A stretch of 64,000 nt of DNA, taken from Phaeosaccion multiseriatum. Its lineage: Eukaryota > Protista > Ochrophyta, other classes. Where the stretch lies: assembly GCA_965112735.1 (NCBI GenBank), contig OZ218962.1, positions 930,001 to 994,000 on the forward strand, read 5' to 3'. Below the pieces are notes generated by a model. That model searched no databases and was not told the origin of the DNA. It was given only the letters and a program-made list of their open reading frames with translations. A program made the translations under genes and the position numbers. This document shows positions 23,618 through 37,341 of the stretch, in pieces; positions within the stretch are counted from its first letter, which is position 1; every line of letters begins with the position of its first letter.

Positions 23618-26600
23618 CCCCACCACACGCACCTGCCCATGCGGCCTCGACACCGGGATGTGCTGCTTCGTGTCGAGAGCATTGTATGCCTCCAACCACG
23701 GCCGGCCTTCATTGAACGCCACCTCGGCCCGCAAGTAGTAACGGTTCTTCATCTTCACCTCCCCCTCGTCCTCCCCCTCCCTCCTCTCCCTCTCCTCCTT
23801 CACCGCCGTCACCCGAAGGTATCGCCCCACCCTCCTGAGTGCCGAGTCGCGTGCCTCCCCACCCTCCGGGAACAGCAGCACCGGCCTGCCCAGCATGTTC
23901 TCCTGCTGCTCGCGAGAAACGCTCACGTCCACACTCTCCGTCAATTTGGGTATGTACACGTTGCAACAAAGAGGTGGATGTTGTAGTGCCACCTCGTCCA
24001 ACAGCTCCTTGCGACCGTCCGCCACCTCCACCGCAGCTTGGGTCACGGCAAGGGCGTCGCTGTCCACAAAGACCGTTATGACGGCCGCGTATGTACCCAT
24101 GTTGGTGCTCCAGCTGGACAGCTTCTTGCAGCGCCGAGTGTCCATCCTGTGAGACTTGCTCTTGCCTCCTCCTCCTCCTCCTCCTCCTCCTCCTCCTCCT
24201 CCTCCTCCGTACTCCTCCTCGACCCCCGCCCCCAGCTTCCCCCGGAGTAGCATCTTCTCCTCCGGCGCCCGATAAATACCTCCGCCCTCCTTAAAGGTCT
24301 CCATCTCCGACGCCTTGAGGGCGCTGCCAGACCACTGTACCACCAACTCGCACTCCCCGGATCTGTGAAAGTACAGGGCGAGTGCCTTGCAGATGCAGGC
24401 TGCGATTTGCTCCATCACCTTCATCTTCGCGAGCACTCTCCTTACTTCGTTGTCCTTGGCGCTGTTGGCGATGCTCTCTCGCTTCCTCCTCCTTCGCCGC
24501 GAGGCGCTGCTGTCCATGCTCGCTACACTTCTGTCCCCCCCGTCCCCTTCCTCCTCCCCCTCCTCCTCCTCCTGCTCCTTGTCCTCCTCCTCCTTCTCAC
24601 CCCTAGTCTCACCCCTACCACCAACTCCTCCACCCCCGCTCGCCACAGTCCCCACAGAAGTCACCCCTCCCCCGGCCCTACCCCCCCCGCCTGCCGCATC
24701 CGCCTCTTCCGCCTCCTCCTCCGCCAGCATTGCCCTTAGCTTGGCCAGCAAGGGACTCGTGGGCCCGCCCGCTAACTCCATCACCGCCTTGGCAGGCACC
24801 ACCCTCACCAGCTGCTGAGAGGTCTTGGGATCGTAGGCGATGAGCTTGAAGCGGGGTGTGTGTTCGAGAGTATTTCTGTAGGCGTCGTCGTAGGCCTGTT
24901 GCTGCTGCTGTAGCACCAACAACTCCTGCTGCTTCCGCCGCTCTTCCAGCTTTTCTTCGCACATTTCTTCTTCGCCACCTTCACCAAGACCCATCGAGCC
25001 GAGCTCTGAAACAGCTCCGATGGAAGAAGAACAAGTGCGATTGCCTCCTCCTTCCCCATCTCCCTCCTCCTCCTCCCCCCCCTCCGCCGCCGTCGTCGTA
25101 CTAACGCCAGAGAGCGACAGTGAGTCTGCCCTCCCACCATCATCACCACCAGGACTCCCGCCAGCAGCAGTAGCAGTAGCAGCAGCAGCAGCAGCAGCAG
25201 TAGAAGTTGGTGATACAGCAGCGTCTCCAGTGCCCCTTGTGCCCTTTGCCTTGCCTCCTCTCCCTCCCTTGCCCTTGCCCTTACCCTTGCCCCCCTGGGC
25301 AGCAGTAGGTGCGGATCTCAGTGCGTAAGCCGTTACATGCCAAAGCCGCCCGCCCAACAGCTGCGCCGCTCGATACACCTTCTTCCCGCGCTGGTCCTTC
25401 TCCTGAATCAACTTGCCCGCGTTGGCCGCCTCATCCCCCTCCCCTCCCAAGTGCACGGGCGTCTGTTTGATGGACCGATAGACGCGATTGCGGCGCAGGA
25501 GGAGAGTAAAGTCGGCTCCGTTGGGCACAAACCGATCGGATCCCGCCTCACGCACCCCTTCCACCACCAAGGCCCGTTGGTGCAACACGTACGCCATGAG
25601 CTCTTCCCACATGGGCCCGGCCCGGGGGGGTCCATCCCCATCTCCATCCCCGGGGGTCGTATCCGTGCTCCCAGGGGGCACATCTGCGTCTCCTCCACCA
25701 CCATTGCTGGTGCCCACAGCCACCACCCTTTGTCCCTCCCCTTCTCCTTGTCCTTCTTGCCCTGCGGTGGCTCGACCTCCCTCCTCGTCCCCCCCACCAC
25801 TCAAGCTCAGGCTTTTCCTCCTGCCCTTCTTCTCCTCCTCCTCTTTCTCCTTCTCCTTCTTCTCCTTCTCCTCCCTCGCCATCCTTGCATCATCACCGGC
25901 CATTACTCGATTCACCCTGAGAGCAAGCGCCTGATTCAACGGCCCCACCACTTGGCACAAGTCCTGACTGCCCCACACCACCTCCTCTGCATAGGAAGCG
26001 AGCTTAGGGTTGTACACAACCAAGCGGAGCCTGCGTTGCCCCGTCGTGTCTGGGCGCTTCAGAGGGTCGGCAGAAGCAGCGGCCGCAGCGGCCCGCGCTG
26101 CGGCATTCGACATTTCCTCCTTTGCGAGCCGCACAGCAGCCACGCTACTGGTGCTCTGATGGCCACCACCACCGTCCCCACTAACGCTACTGTCACTATT
26201 CAATACACTCTTCGAAGCGTGTTCTATGACCGCTGAGTCTTGTTCCTTCTGCCCTTCCCCTCCGGCCTGCTCGTGACGTCCATCCTGTCGAATTCCCTCC
26301 TCTCCCCCCTGCATCGTCGTCTCTCCCGAAGCCTGCGCCGCTGCCGCTGCTGGCTCTTGCTGCAGCCGTACCACCAATTGCTCTGCATCTGCCTCTCCCT
26401 CCTTCTGCGGCTGTGGCTGTGGCGGTGGCAAGGACGGCGGCGGAAGGAGCTCTGTACTACTGCTTGACATGCCCATACTTCTGCTTGACATTTGCTTGAC
26501 CATGGCCGCTTGCTCTTTCCTGTGCTCCTCCCGCTCGTACTGTGCGTACTCCTCCGCACTAATTACGGACGTCATCGCGGAAACAACAAAGCCGTGATGC

Positions 26601-29600
26601 AGTGTCGAATCGTCCCAATCGTGCATCTTCAATCGGCACGCTTGACTAAACACCCGCGTCTCCCCCGGACGGCACTGTGCCAGGCTCTTGCTCCCGCCCG
26701 TCGCACGCTCGTCATTTGTAAGGTGGGACCGTTCGGCATCCGCAGACGCCGCCAGTTGTTCCTCGCTCCTCCTGAGGGCCCCCACGGCAGACTCGATCAA
26801 GCACTCCTCCTTCTCAAGCTCCTCCAACGGCTTGGACGTCTTGTCTCTTGCCTTACCTCCCTTGCCCCCCTTCTTGTCCTTCTTGTCTTTCTTCTTCCCC
26901 TTGGGAGACTTCAAAGGGGAGGAGGAGGACGGAGGAGGTGGTTTGTTGGACACGTCCTCCGCCACAGTCAAGCCTCCACCACCGCCGCTCAGATTGCTAG
27001 AGTCGACACCGTCTTCCTTGGCTTCGTCGGTCGTTGTTGTCGCCCCTCCGACAGGGAGCCTGAACATGCCCGTCTTGGCCTTTGTAAGCATGCTGCCACC
27101 CTTATCTCCCGTCTCGGTCGCTTCTCCTTCTCCTTTCTCCTTCTTGTTTCCTTTCTTCTTCTTTTTCTTGCCCTTCTTGCCCTTCTCCCCCTCTTCCTCC
27201 TCCTCCTCCCCCTCCCCCCCTCCCCCCTCCTCCTTCCCCTCCTCCTTGCCGGTACTCGCAGACATCTCAACAGGCAGAACCGCCTCGGCCCCCGCCTCAC
27301 CCCCCTTCCCTGCTGTACCACCAACGGCTTCCGCCGTCGCCAAGGTCACCGCCTCCCGCACCACTCTGAGCCTATCTTGCACCTTGGGTGTGTAAGAGAC
27401 CTTTGTCTCGTCCATCCCATACGAGTCGTTAGTGTAACGCACCACCGCAGGCTGCAGTCTCCTTGTCCTCCTCTTCCACTTCCTTCCTCCTTCTACCCCT
27501 TCTCCTTTTCCTCCTCCTCCTCCTCCTCGTCCTCCTCCTCCCTCCGCTTCCTCCCCTTCCCCTCCCTGCCGATGGAGAGCGGCAGCGGCGGCAGCATCGC
27601 CATAGTCGGGCACACGCGGCTGCGGTTTCCGACTGACATTGTCCTCCGGTACCGTGAGGGGCGCACACACCACCACCACGGAAGGGTCTCGGAATGATCG
27701 AAGGAGCAGCTCGGCCTGAACCTCGGTGGCGGCAGTTTGAGTTCGAGTTTCCGTGTGGGGTGTAGCTTGCGTTTGAATTTGAGGTTTGTGAATGAAGTTG
27801 ATGCGCAGGGCCTGGGTGAGTCTGTTCATCGTATCGTGGCGTGTGTCGGAGTGTCCAAGCAGGCGAAGAATGGCCGCCTCGTCGGGGCTGAATCTCCCCT
27901 CCTCTCCATCCTCCTCGTGCTCCTCGTGCTCCTCCTCTTGGTCTCGACCTTGTTGCTCGCTCCCTCCCCCCCCCCCCTCCTCCTCCTCCTCCTCCTCCTC
28001 CTCCTCCTCCTCCTCCTCCTCCTCCTCCTCCTCCTCCTCCTCCTCCTCCTCCTCCTCCTCCTCCTCCTCCTCCTCCTCCTCCTTCTCCTCCTCCTCCTCC
28101 TCCTCCTCCTCCTCCTCCTCCTCCTCCTCCTCCTCCTCCTCCTCCTCCCTCTTTCCTCCTCCCCCTGTCCACATCACCCCCAACACCACCCCCCCCCATA
28201 GTACCACCGCGGAGCAGACTCTCCAAGGCCTGCCCACTGAGCTCGAATCTGCATGACAATGAGTGAGTCACCTCGTAGGCATGAAGCGCCAAAGACGCCC
28301 CGCCTGCCCCGACCATCGCTTTGATGCGCAGTGCATGTCTGCCAGGGAGTGAGCTGTCCGCCTCCTGGCACCGCACCACGGAGCTCCACACGGTACGATC
28401 CAGGTGCAGCAGTCGCTCGGCGTGCTGCTGCTGTATCACCAATTGCTCATGCTGTGGGACCTCCTCTTCCTTCTCGGCATCACTCGCATCTTGTTCCGTT
28501 TGTCCTTCCTCCTCCTCGTCCTCTTGTTCGCCTGTTTTGTCTTGTTCTGCGCTCTCCACCGTGGCTCCCGCACCCCTCTCGTCCTCCCCCCCCCCCACCG
28601 CCCCCTTCCTCCTCTCCTTCTCCTTCTTCCTACCCTCCGCCGTCCTCCCCTCTCGCCCCCTCCCCCCCACCACCGCACAAGCACAACAACACTGCCTCGG
28701 CCGCCGCAAAGACAGGCGCTGCAAGAGGGCGGTCTTCCAACTCCAGCGGTCGTCAGGCCTGGGCCCCAGTATCACCAACCGCTCCACCGCCAGTAACCGC
28801 ACCTCCACCTCACTTGCATTGACATAGTTGTACGCACGAACCCGTAGCACGCCCCCGTGACCCAACTCCTGCGCGCTTATCGTATGCAACACCCCGGAAA
28901 CCTTCTCCACGGAGTTAAACACCAGTCTTCCTGGTCCTCCCGAGCGGCGAAGCTTGAGGGAGAAGCCGCTCGTACGGTCGATGAGACCACCTTGCTTCAG
29001 TCCTCCCAAACCCCCTCCTCCTCCTCCTCCTCCTCCTCCTCCTCCTCCTGCTCCTCCTCCTCCTGCTCCTCCTCCTCGTCCCGCCCCTGCCCCCATATTA
29101 ACAATCGAGGTGTGACGTGGCGAAATCATGAGACGATCCGTTACAGGATGCAAGAGCTTCGTCGCCGAGTCACTCGTGAGGGCCGCTCGCTCCCCCAGGC
29201 TCACACTCGCATTGGGAATGACGCTCTCCAGTAGGGCACTGTCTACTCTGAGCTCGAGTGCCACGGAGAACTCAGGCAAATAGGCATGAGCACGGAGTTC
29301 GCCCTGTGCTTCTTCATAGACTGTCAGGGTGACGAGATGGCCCCCCACGTGCCGAGTCTCGCGGAGGAGACGTCGGAGGCGCCGCTGGATGACGAGCTCC
29401 TCTCGGTACCCGTGGGTGCGTGAGCGTCGTTCAAAGTGAATGAGAGCAGCAAGGCGACCCATCATGGCCTCCTGGGTCTGTTGAGATTTGGGTTTGGGGT
29501 GGGGAAGGGGTGGGGGGGGGGGGGGGCGAGGAGGGAGGGAAGGAGAGGGAAGGAAGGAAGGAAGGAAGCAAGGAGGGAGGGAGGGAGGGAGGGAGGGGGA

Positions 29601-30808
29601 GGGAAGGGGGGAGAATTAGGAGGGGTAAAAAAAGGGTTCCAAGTGGCAAGGAAGTGTGTGCCTTCTACTCACCCCCATACCCCCACCCGTTGACTTACTT
29701 CACCCATTGACTTACTCACCTTGGGGGGGGCGTGAGTGTGTGTCGTGTCTGAGCGCTCTGTCTTGGACGGCTCCAGCAGATAAGACACCTTTGGGGGCAG
29801 AGAAGTTGGTGATACAGAGCAGAGTAGAGCAACACTACGTTGTTAGAGGAGGAGGAGGAGGAGGAGGAGGAGGAGGAGGAGGAGGAGGGGGAGGAGGAGG
29901 AGGAGGAGGAGCAGGAGGAGGAGGAGGAGGAGGAGGGAGAGGAGGAGGGGGAGGGGGAGGAGGAGGAGGAGGAGGAGGAGGAGGAGGAGGAGGAGGAGGA
30001 GGAGGAGGAGGAGGAGGAGGAGGAGGAGGAGGAGGAGGAGGAGGAGGAGGAGGAGGAGGAGGAGGAGGAGGAGGAGGAGGAGGAAGAGGAGGAGGAGGAG
30101 AAGGAGGAACACCGCCTTACCTTGGTCTCGTCGAGGCTGAGGAAGTGCGTGACGCTGTCCGAGGGGCTGTACACGCTGAAGAAGAGCCTTCCACAGTCCT
30201 GGTACCCCTGCACCATGTGGGCCTGTTGGATAGAAGCATATGGGGGGTTTGTTAGAGGGTTGGATAGAGGCATATAGGGGATTAGTCAGATTCCTATGTG
30301 ATGAGTAGAAGGTTTGAATAGAGGTATTTATGTATGTGTAAGACTAAATGCGATGACGTGGCCCCTCACGCCCCAGTACTCCTTCGACTACCACCGCCAC
30401 CACCATCACCGCCACCACCGCCACCAGCAACGCCACCACCACCACACTTCTAAAACTCAAACTCAAATGTACCAAACCAAACCAAACTTTAAAAACCGAA
30501 ACTCACCGCTGAGGGTCCTGTGATGCGCTTGCTGCCCGGAATCACTCTGGCCTCTCTAAAGCAACGCATGTCCTCCAACACAGGCAGCAGCAACTGATTG
30601 TAGGCTGCCATCCAGCCCCTCTTGGAGGCAGGGTCGAGGTCATCCACTGCCATCCTTTCCCCCCCTGCTCCGTCCTCGACGGTTACGACTGCGAGGAAGA
30701 GGTCAGGAAGCGGGCCTCTCCTGGTGACGAGGGGAGGGTTACCTCCGGCGTCTCGGAGGAGGGTGGCGAAGCGGATGACCGAAGTACACCAGCGGTGCAT
30801 GAGAGCCT

Positions 30809-30904
<96 letters not shown>

Positions 30905-33085
30905 CGTGTGTGTGTGGGTGTGTTTGTGTGTGTGTTTGTGTGTTTGTGTGTGTGTGTGTGTGGAAGTACATCAGTGAGTCCGTGAGTCAGTTTTCAGTTT
31001 TCAGTGGTCGGTTGTCAGTTTTCAGTTGACGGGAGCTTGCTGCTCTTGCTGCCGCTTCGCCCCCCGTTTCGCCCTCTCTCTCTCTCGCCCCCCCGGCGGC
31101 ACGCCTTTTGCCTGTCCAAATATCACGCGGGGCGCTTGAACATAAATGGGATCGATGTACAAGTCACTCACTACCCCCCCTAACGAACAGTCGTCCAGCG
31201 AACAAGCAAGCCCCAACAGCAGCCACGCATCGAAGGGGCAAACTGGCTGATGGATGACTGACGACCAAGGTTTCCCGACTGGGGTTGTCCAGACCAAAAC
31301 ATAGGACGGCACTTCAAGGTGGGCAAGACTGACAGACTGACCAGGACGGGCTCGGTCTCTTGGGGTACGCTTCCTGTCTTGGGCCAGAGGTCGTGGTCGA
31401 GGTAGGCGTTGAGGGTGAGCAGGTTCAGCGGGGGGATAGCATACTTGTTGCAGCTGTGTTTGAAAGGTTGTTGTTGTTGTTGTTGTTGTTGTTCGTGGTG
31501 GTGGTGGGGGGGGGGGGGGGGCAGGGGGAAGCGGGATGAGAGTGGGTGGGGGTGGGGGAAGGGGAAAGGGCGGAGGTGGGGATGGAAGGGGGGGCGGGGG
31601 AAGGGGGGCAGGAGATAGGGGGGAGGGGGGGAATAAGGGGGGATATGAGACTACAAAAGGAAGGAAAGAAGGAAGGAGGTAGGTAGGTAGGTAGGCAGGT
31701 AGGTACGTAGGAAGGAGGTACGTAGGTAGGTAGGTAGGTAGGTACGTATGTACGTAGGTCGGTAGGTCGGTAGGTACGTTGGTAGGTAGGAAGGTAGGTA
31801 GATAGGCGCGGCGCGCGTGCACACATGCGTGCATTGTGCATGCGTGGCGGCACACCTTACACCCTTACACCTTACGTTATATAAGAAGCTTACGTAACGC
31901 TTACCGCTTACGTACCTACACATGGCGGCCACAAGCTCTCTGGGGCGTACGAGAAGGCGTCTTGCCTCCATCCATGTCACACCAGAAACACTCTTGTGAG
32001 GGGCGTCGAAGGTGTTTTGCGGGGTCAGCACGATGATGAGGGCTTCCATCACAAGCACATGGGCAGAGGAGGGGGGCTTTTCCAGCGCACCAAGGCCCAG
32101 CATTTTCGTCAGAACAGGGCCCAGCGGCGGGGAGGAGGAGGCTGTAGCTACTGTAGCACCAACTGCTGCGTCTGCTCCTGCGGTTGCTGGGGTTCCTGCT
32201 GCTACTACAGATGACGACGACGCTGACTGGGGGGTGTGTACCACCACCTCCTCCACCATCTCCCTCAACGCCTGGGCCGCGACTTCTAGGTACCGTTTCA
32301 TGTCCCGGTCCTTCATCAAGTTCAAGTCGTCGTCGGAGCAACCCAGGTGGGCCTCTTTTCCCGAGGCGGCGTTCCCCTTGCGGTTCTCGCGATGCCCCAT
32401 GACGAGTATCTGGTGTCAGGAAAGAAGGAAGAGATGGGGGATGGCAGTGGATGGTGCAGGTATCAGGACGGGTGTGAGAGAAGAGAGGGGGTCACAGAGA
32501 GAGGGTAAGGACGTGCCAGGAGGGTATGAGAACGAGGGAGAGAGGAGGATGGCAGCGGAAGGTGAAGACTCCAACACCGTACCAAGTGCGGCCTTGGGAT
32601 GAGTGAAGGTACCAGGAAGATAGGCAAGAGGGGGGATGGCACTGGAAGTAAAATGATTCTTAACAACATCGTATGTACATACGTACGTACCAGGTGCGGC
32701 CTTGGGATGAGCGCACGCTGCACCACCTCCGCCGTTCTCAAGAACTCCGTCCTAGACGCCAAGCCAATGCCCACATCCACATTGGCGACGACGCTGTGAC
32801 CCGCGTTGAACAACTCCTGAAGTTTGCCGGGGGGGAGGCCGAGACAGAAGCTCTCGTTGATCTGTGAGAAGAGGCCCGGTAGCTGCAGGCGGAGGCGAGC
32901 GATGATGGCTTGCTTGGCTGCGAAGGGTATGTCTCTAGCGACGCACACGATGAGGGGCTGGGGCCGAGGGGCTTGGAGGTGTTGGACGGAGAGGGGCACG
33001 AATTGTTTGGCGGCGGCGGCTTCCTCGCGGGCGCATACTTCGTCTTCGACAACGTCCTGTTGTAACAACAATAAACAGCACCAGC

Positions 33086-33143
<58 letters not shown>

Positions 33144-33145
33144 GC

Positions 33146-33212
<67 letters not shown>

Positions 33213-34261
33213 GCAGCAGTGACAACAAAAACGGTGTGTGTTTGTGTTTGTTGAGGGGGAGGGGAGGGGAGGGACGGAGGAACTTCAGCGAGTCAGGCAT
33301 TCAGTCAGTCAGTACTTGGTGTGAGCCGTCAGAACTTGGTGTCAGTCATTGATTGGCATATGAGAGGCGTACCTCCTCCCCCCCCCCCCTCCTCCTCCTC
33401 CTCCTCCTCCTCCTCCTCTCCGTCCCCCTCCACTGCCATCCTCCTCACCTCCTCGTACTCCTCCTCCGTGGGATCTTCCCATGTCCTCGCCATGACGCTC
33501 TCTTCGTTGTGTCTCTCCATCTCGCGTAGAGTCGCAAGGCGGTGCTCCTAAGCCCATGTGGGGAGCATACGGGTGAGAAGGAACGGCCATGTGGGGAGCA
33601 TATGGGTGAGAAGGGGTGGCCATGTGGGGAGCATACGGGTGAGAAGGGGCGGCCATGTGGGGAGCATACGGGTGAGAAGGAACGGCCATGTGGGGAGCAT
33701 ACGGGTGAGAAGGGGCGGCCATGTGGGGAGCATACGGGTCAGAAGGAACGGCCAGGTGGGGAGCATACGCGTGAGAAGGGGCGGCCATGTGGGGAGCATA
33801 CGGGTGAGAAGGGGCGGCCATGTGGGTCATGCGTGGGGGGGTGAGGGGTGGGGTGGAACGGGAAGTCCATTTTTTGCCGTTTCGCGCACAAGACCGGAGA
33901 CGCCAGCCAAGTCTTCCCTTCCCCCCAATGCTTATTACATTCGACTCCTACCCAACGCTCTGCATCTCTCATTCCCTCCTCTCCCCTCCCCTCCCCTCCC
34001 CTTCCTCCCTCCCCCCCTCCCTCTCCTCTCCCTCACTCACCAGATCCGCCAGGAAGGCCTCAAGGTCTTGCCTTGCTGTGGAAAGCTTACCCTTTGCTGC
34101 CTCCTGCTTGTTCTGCAAGTCCTCATACTCAGACTTCTCGCTGCTGTTGAGGTCCTGCACTTGGACTGCCTGAGGCTTGAGGTCACGCTGGCGGAGGAAG
34201 AGCAGCATGCCCTCCTCCGCCATCTGTGAAGATGTGTGTACGTGTGTGTGTTCGTGTGTGT

Positions 34262-34292
<31 letters not shown>

Positions 34293-37200
34293 TGTGTGTG
34301 TGCCCGCGGTAATCAGTCCGGTGGCGCGAATAGAAAATAGCAACGGAAACACACAAACGGAAAAGACAACATGTACAAAAGAAGAAAAAAAAAGACGCAA
34401 AAAGGTAATTTCGGTGGACGAAAACAAGACCAACAACAAGAGAAGGACCAAGGAGAAGATGACAGGAAGAAGAGGGGGAGGAAGCACGACCCCTTACGGC
34501 ATCTTTCGGGCCCGCCCGCCTGCCAAATAACCCATCAACCAACCAACCACTCACTCACTCACTCACTTACCCACCCACCCACCCACCCACTCACCCACCC
34601 ACCCACCCACCCACCCACCCGCCCATCCATCCACTCACCCATCCACCCACTTTCTCACCCATCCACCCACTTTCTCACCCACCCACCCACCCACCCACCC
34701 ACCCACTCATCCACCCACCCACTCACCCACCCACCCACTCACCCACCCACCCACCCACCCAGCCACCCAGCCACCCACCCACGGCCAGCAAGTCAGCCAC
34801 GCACGCACCCACCTATTGACTTATTGCATACCCACCCCCCGCCAACTACTTACCGCTGCCTGGGCCTCTAGATCCCCCACACACCGCGCCCAATACCGAA
34901 GGTCACCCCCTAGCTCCACCTCCGTGACTCTCCTCGGAGCATTACGGAATTGTTGGATCCTCGCGAACTCAAGCTTGATGGAGGCCTCTTTCCGCTCCAC
35001 CGCTCTTTCCGAAACGGCAGCCATACGGTCGGGTAGCAGCATCTCTTCTCCTCGGTTGCCCTGTCGGGCAAGTTCTTGGCATTCTTTGAATCGCCTGCGC
35101 GCCCGGTCGAATGCTCTGCTGGCGAGTCTCAGCTTTGGGGGGAGGGGAGGGAGGGAGGGGAGTGAGTTTGTGAGTTAGTTAAGTTAGTTAGTGAGTAAGC
35201 AAGTGAGTGAGCAAGGATGCAAGCAAGCCATTGCAAGCCATTGCAAGCACGCAAGCCAGCCAGTCTCCTGGGTACCAAGCTCCTCAAGACTCCTGGGCCT
35301 TCCCCTCTTCAGTACCAACACCGATGCCCACCCACCTGGTCCTCTCTCTGCGCGAGTTCCTCAAGATCCAAGGCCGCATCCTTTCTCTGGGCCTGCTCCT
35401 CCCCCTTCTTCAACCTCCGTAGGCTCTGCTCCACATCCTCCAGCCGGTCGCTGCCCGTCTCCAATGCCGCTTGGGCAACACTCAACCGCAAGTCTCCCAT
35501 GCGTAGCCCCCCCCCGTCTCCTCCCCCTCCTCCTTCTCCTCCTCCTCCTCCTCCTCCTCCTGCTCCTCCTGCTCCTCCTCCTCCTCCTCCTGCTCCTCCT
35601 CCTCCTCCTCCTCCTTCTCCTCCTCCTCCTCCTCCTCCTCCTCCTCCTCCTCCTCCTCCTCCTCCTCCTCCTCCTCCTCCTCCTCCTCCTCCTCCCCCTC
35701 CCCCTCCCGGGCCTCTCCCATCCTTGGCTCCTTCTACCGCTCCTTTTGCCACCTCCACAAAGCGAGTGAGGATCAAACTTTCCACTCCGAGACGTCTCAT
35801 CAATCGCAGCTGCTCGCGCATCCTCTTCAACCACGGTGGTTGAGGTGCCCCCAAGTCCTCCAAAAACTCCGTCTGATAACAAAACACATCCTGCAGGGCA
35901 GTTACCCACTGCACAATCTGTTGGCAGGCCTTTGCCCCTTTGCCGATGCACCCCATGGCTGCCACTTCCCATCCGGGGTCGTGCCGCACGGCCATGTATT
36001 CTGTAACTGCCGCTTGGCTGAGATGAATGGCTCGAGGCGGTTGGCTGGAGGGTCCCGCGGCCATCTGTCGCAGAGACCGGAGGAATCTTTTGGGGCGGAA
36101 GCAAACGAGCGTAAGGAACAAGGAAAAGAAGCGAAGAAGGAAAAGAAAATGGAAAGGAAACGGAAAGGGAAGGGAACGGAGAAGACAAAGAGAAGGGACG
36201 GAATGAGGGGACCATGTGGGTGCGTGTGTGGGGGGGACCATGTGTGTGCGTGTGTGGTGTGGGGGCGGGGGGCGGGAGGACGCAGATTTGTTTGTCAAGG
36301 AAGGCTACGCTGCAACTCCCTCCCTCCGTCCGTCCGTCCGTCCGTCCCTCCCTCCCTCCCTCCCTCCCTCCCTCCCTCCCTCCCTCCCTCCCTCCCTCCC
36401 TCCCTCCCTCCCTCCCTCCCTCCCTCCGTCCGTCCCTCCGTCCGTCCGTCCGTCCGTCCGTCCGTCCGTCCGTCCGTCCGTCCGTCCGTCCCTCCCTCCC
36501 TCCCTCCCTCCCTCCCTCCCTCCCTCCCTCCCTCCCTCCCTCCCTCCCTCCCTCCCTCCCTCCCTCCCTCCCTCCCTCCCTCCCTCCCTCCCTCCCTCCC
36601 TCCCTCCCTCCCTCCCTCCCTCCCTCCCTCCCTCCCTCCCTCCCTCCCTCCCTCCCTCCCTCCCTCCCTCCCTCCCTCCCTCCCTCGCCCCCCCCTCCTT
36701 CCCCCTCTCCCCCCTCCCCCTTCCTCTTACTTTGAGCTTCGCTTCACCATTCGCATGGCCTCCCTCCACCCGATGCGATACCCAATCCGCGCCACATCGG
36801 TGTACAGCTTGATACCCAATTTCGAATAGGACGTCATGATATCATGGGGGTTGGTTCCCACCTCCCCCACCAACATCAGGCACACCACCCTCAACAAACT
36901 CAACACCACCGGCGGCGCAGGAGGACAGCTGCTTGACATTCCTGCTTGACATGAGGCTTTGCCCCCATCGTTCGGGTCAAGCGCCGCTGCTTCCACCGCC
37001 TCCCCGAGCTCCACAATGTCCTGATGGAAGAGAGACCGCACGCCCACCACCTCAGCGTTGGCAAGCGCCGCACTCAGTAACCGTCGCTTGTGCTCCACCC
37101 TCCTCCTCCCTTTGCGACCCCTCCCAATGCGTTGAATGGTTCGAGCTGCTCTGTGCAAGTTGTACTCCGAGCGGTTTTTGGCAAAGGCCGTACGAGCCAT

Positions 37201-37308
37201 CACTCCACGCCACATGCGCTGTGTGTGTTTGGGTGTGTGATGAGAAGTGCGTGTTAGTGTGTTTGGGTGTGTATGTGGGTGTGTATGGGTGTGTGTGGGT
37301 GCGTGTGG

Positions 37309-37341
<33 letters not shown>

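Noticed and set aside
33554-33826. CRISPR-like 33-bp periodicity
   Set aside because: Head-to-tail units with no unique spacers, no cas genes, and a eukaryotic intron context.
35191-36829. Long PPSL/GGRE/poly-L/poly-E ORFs here and throughout the window
   Set aside because: Translations of stop-free microsatellites or antisense frames.
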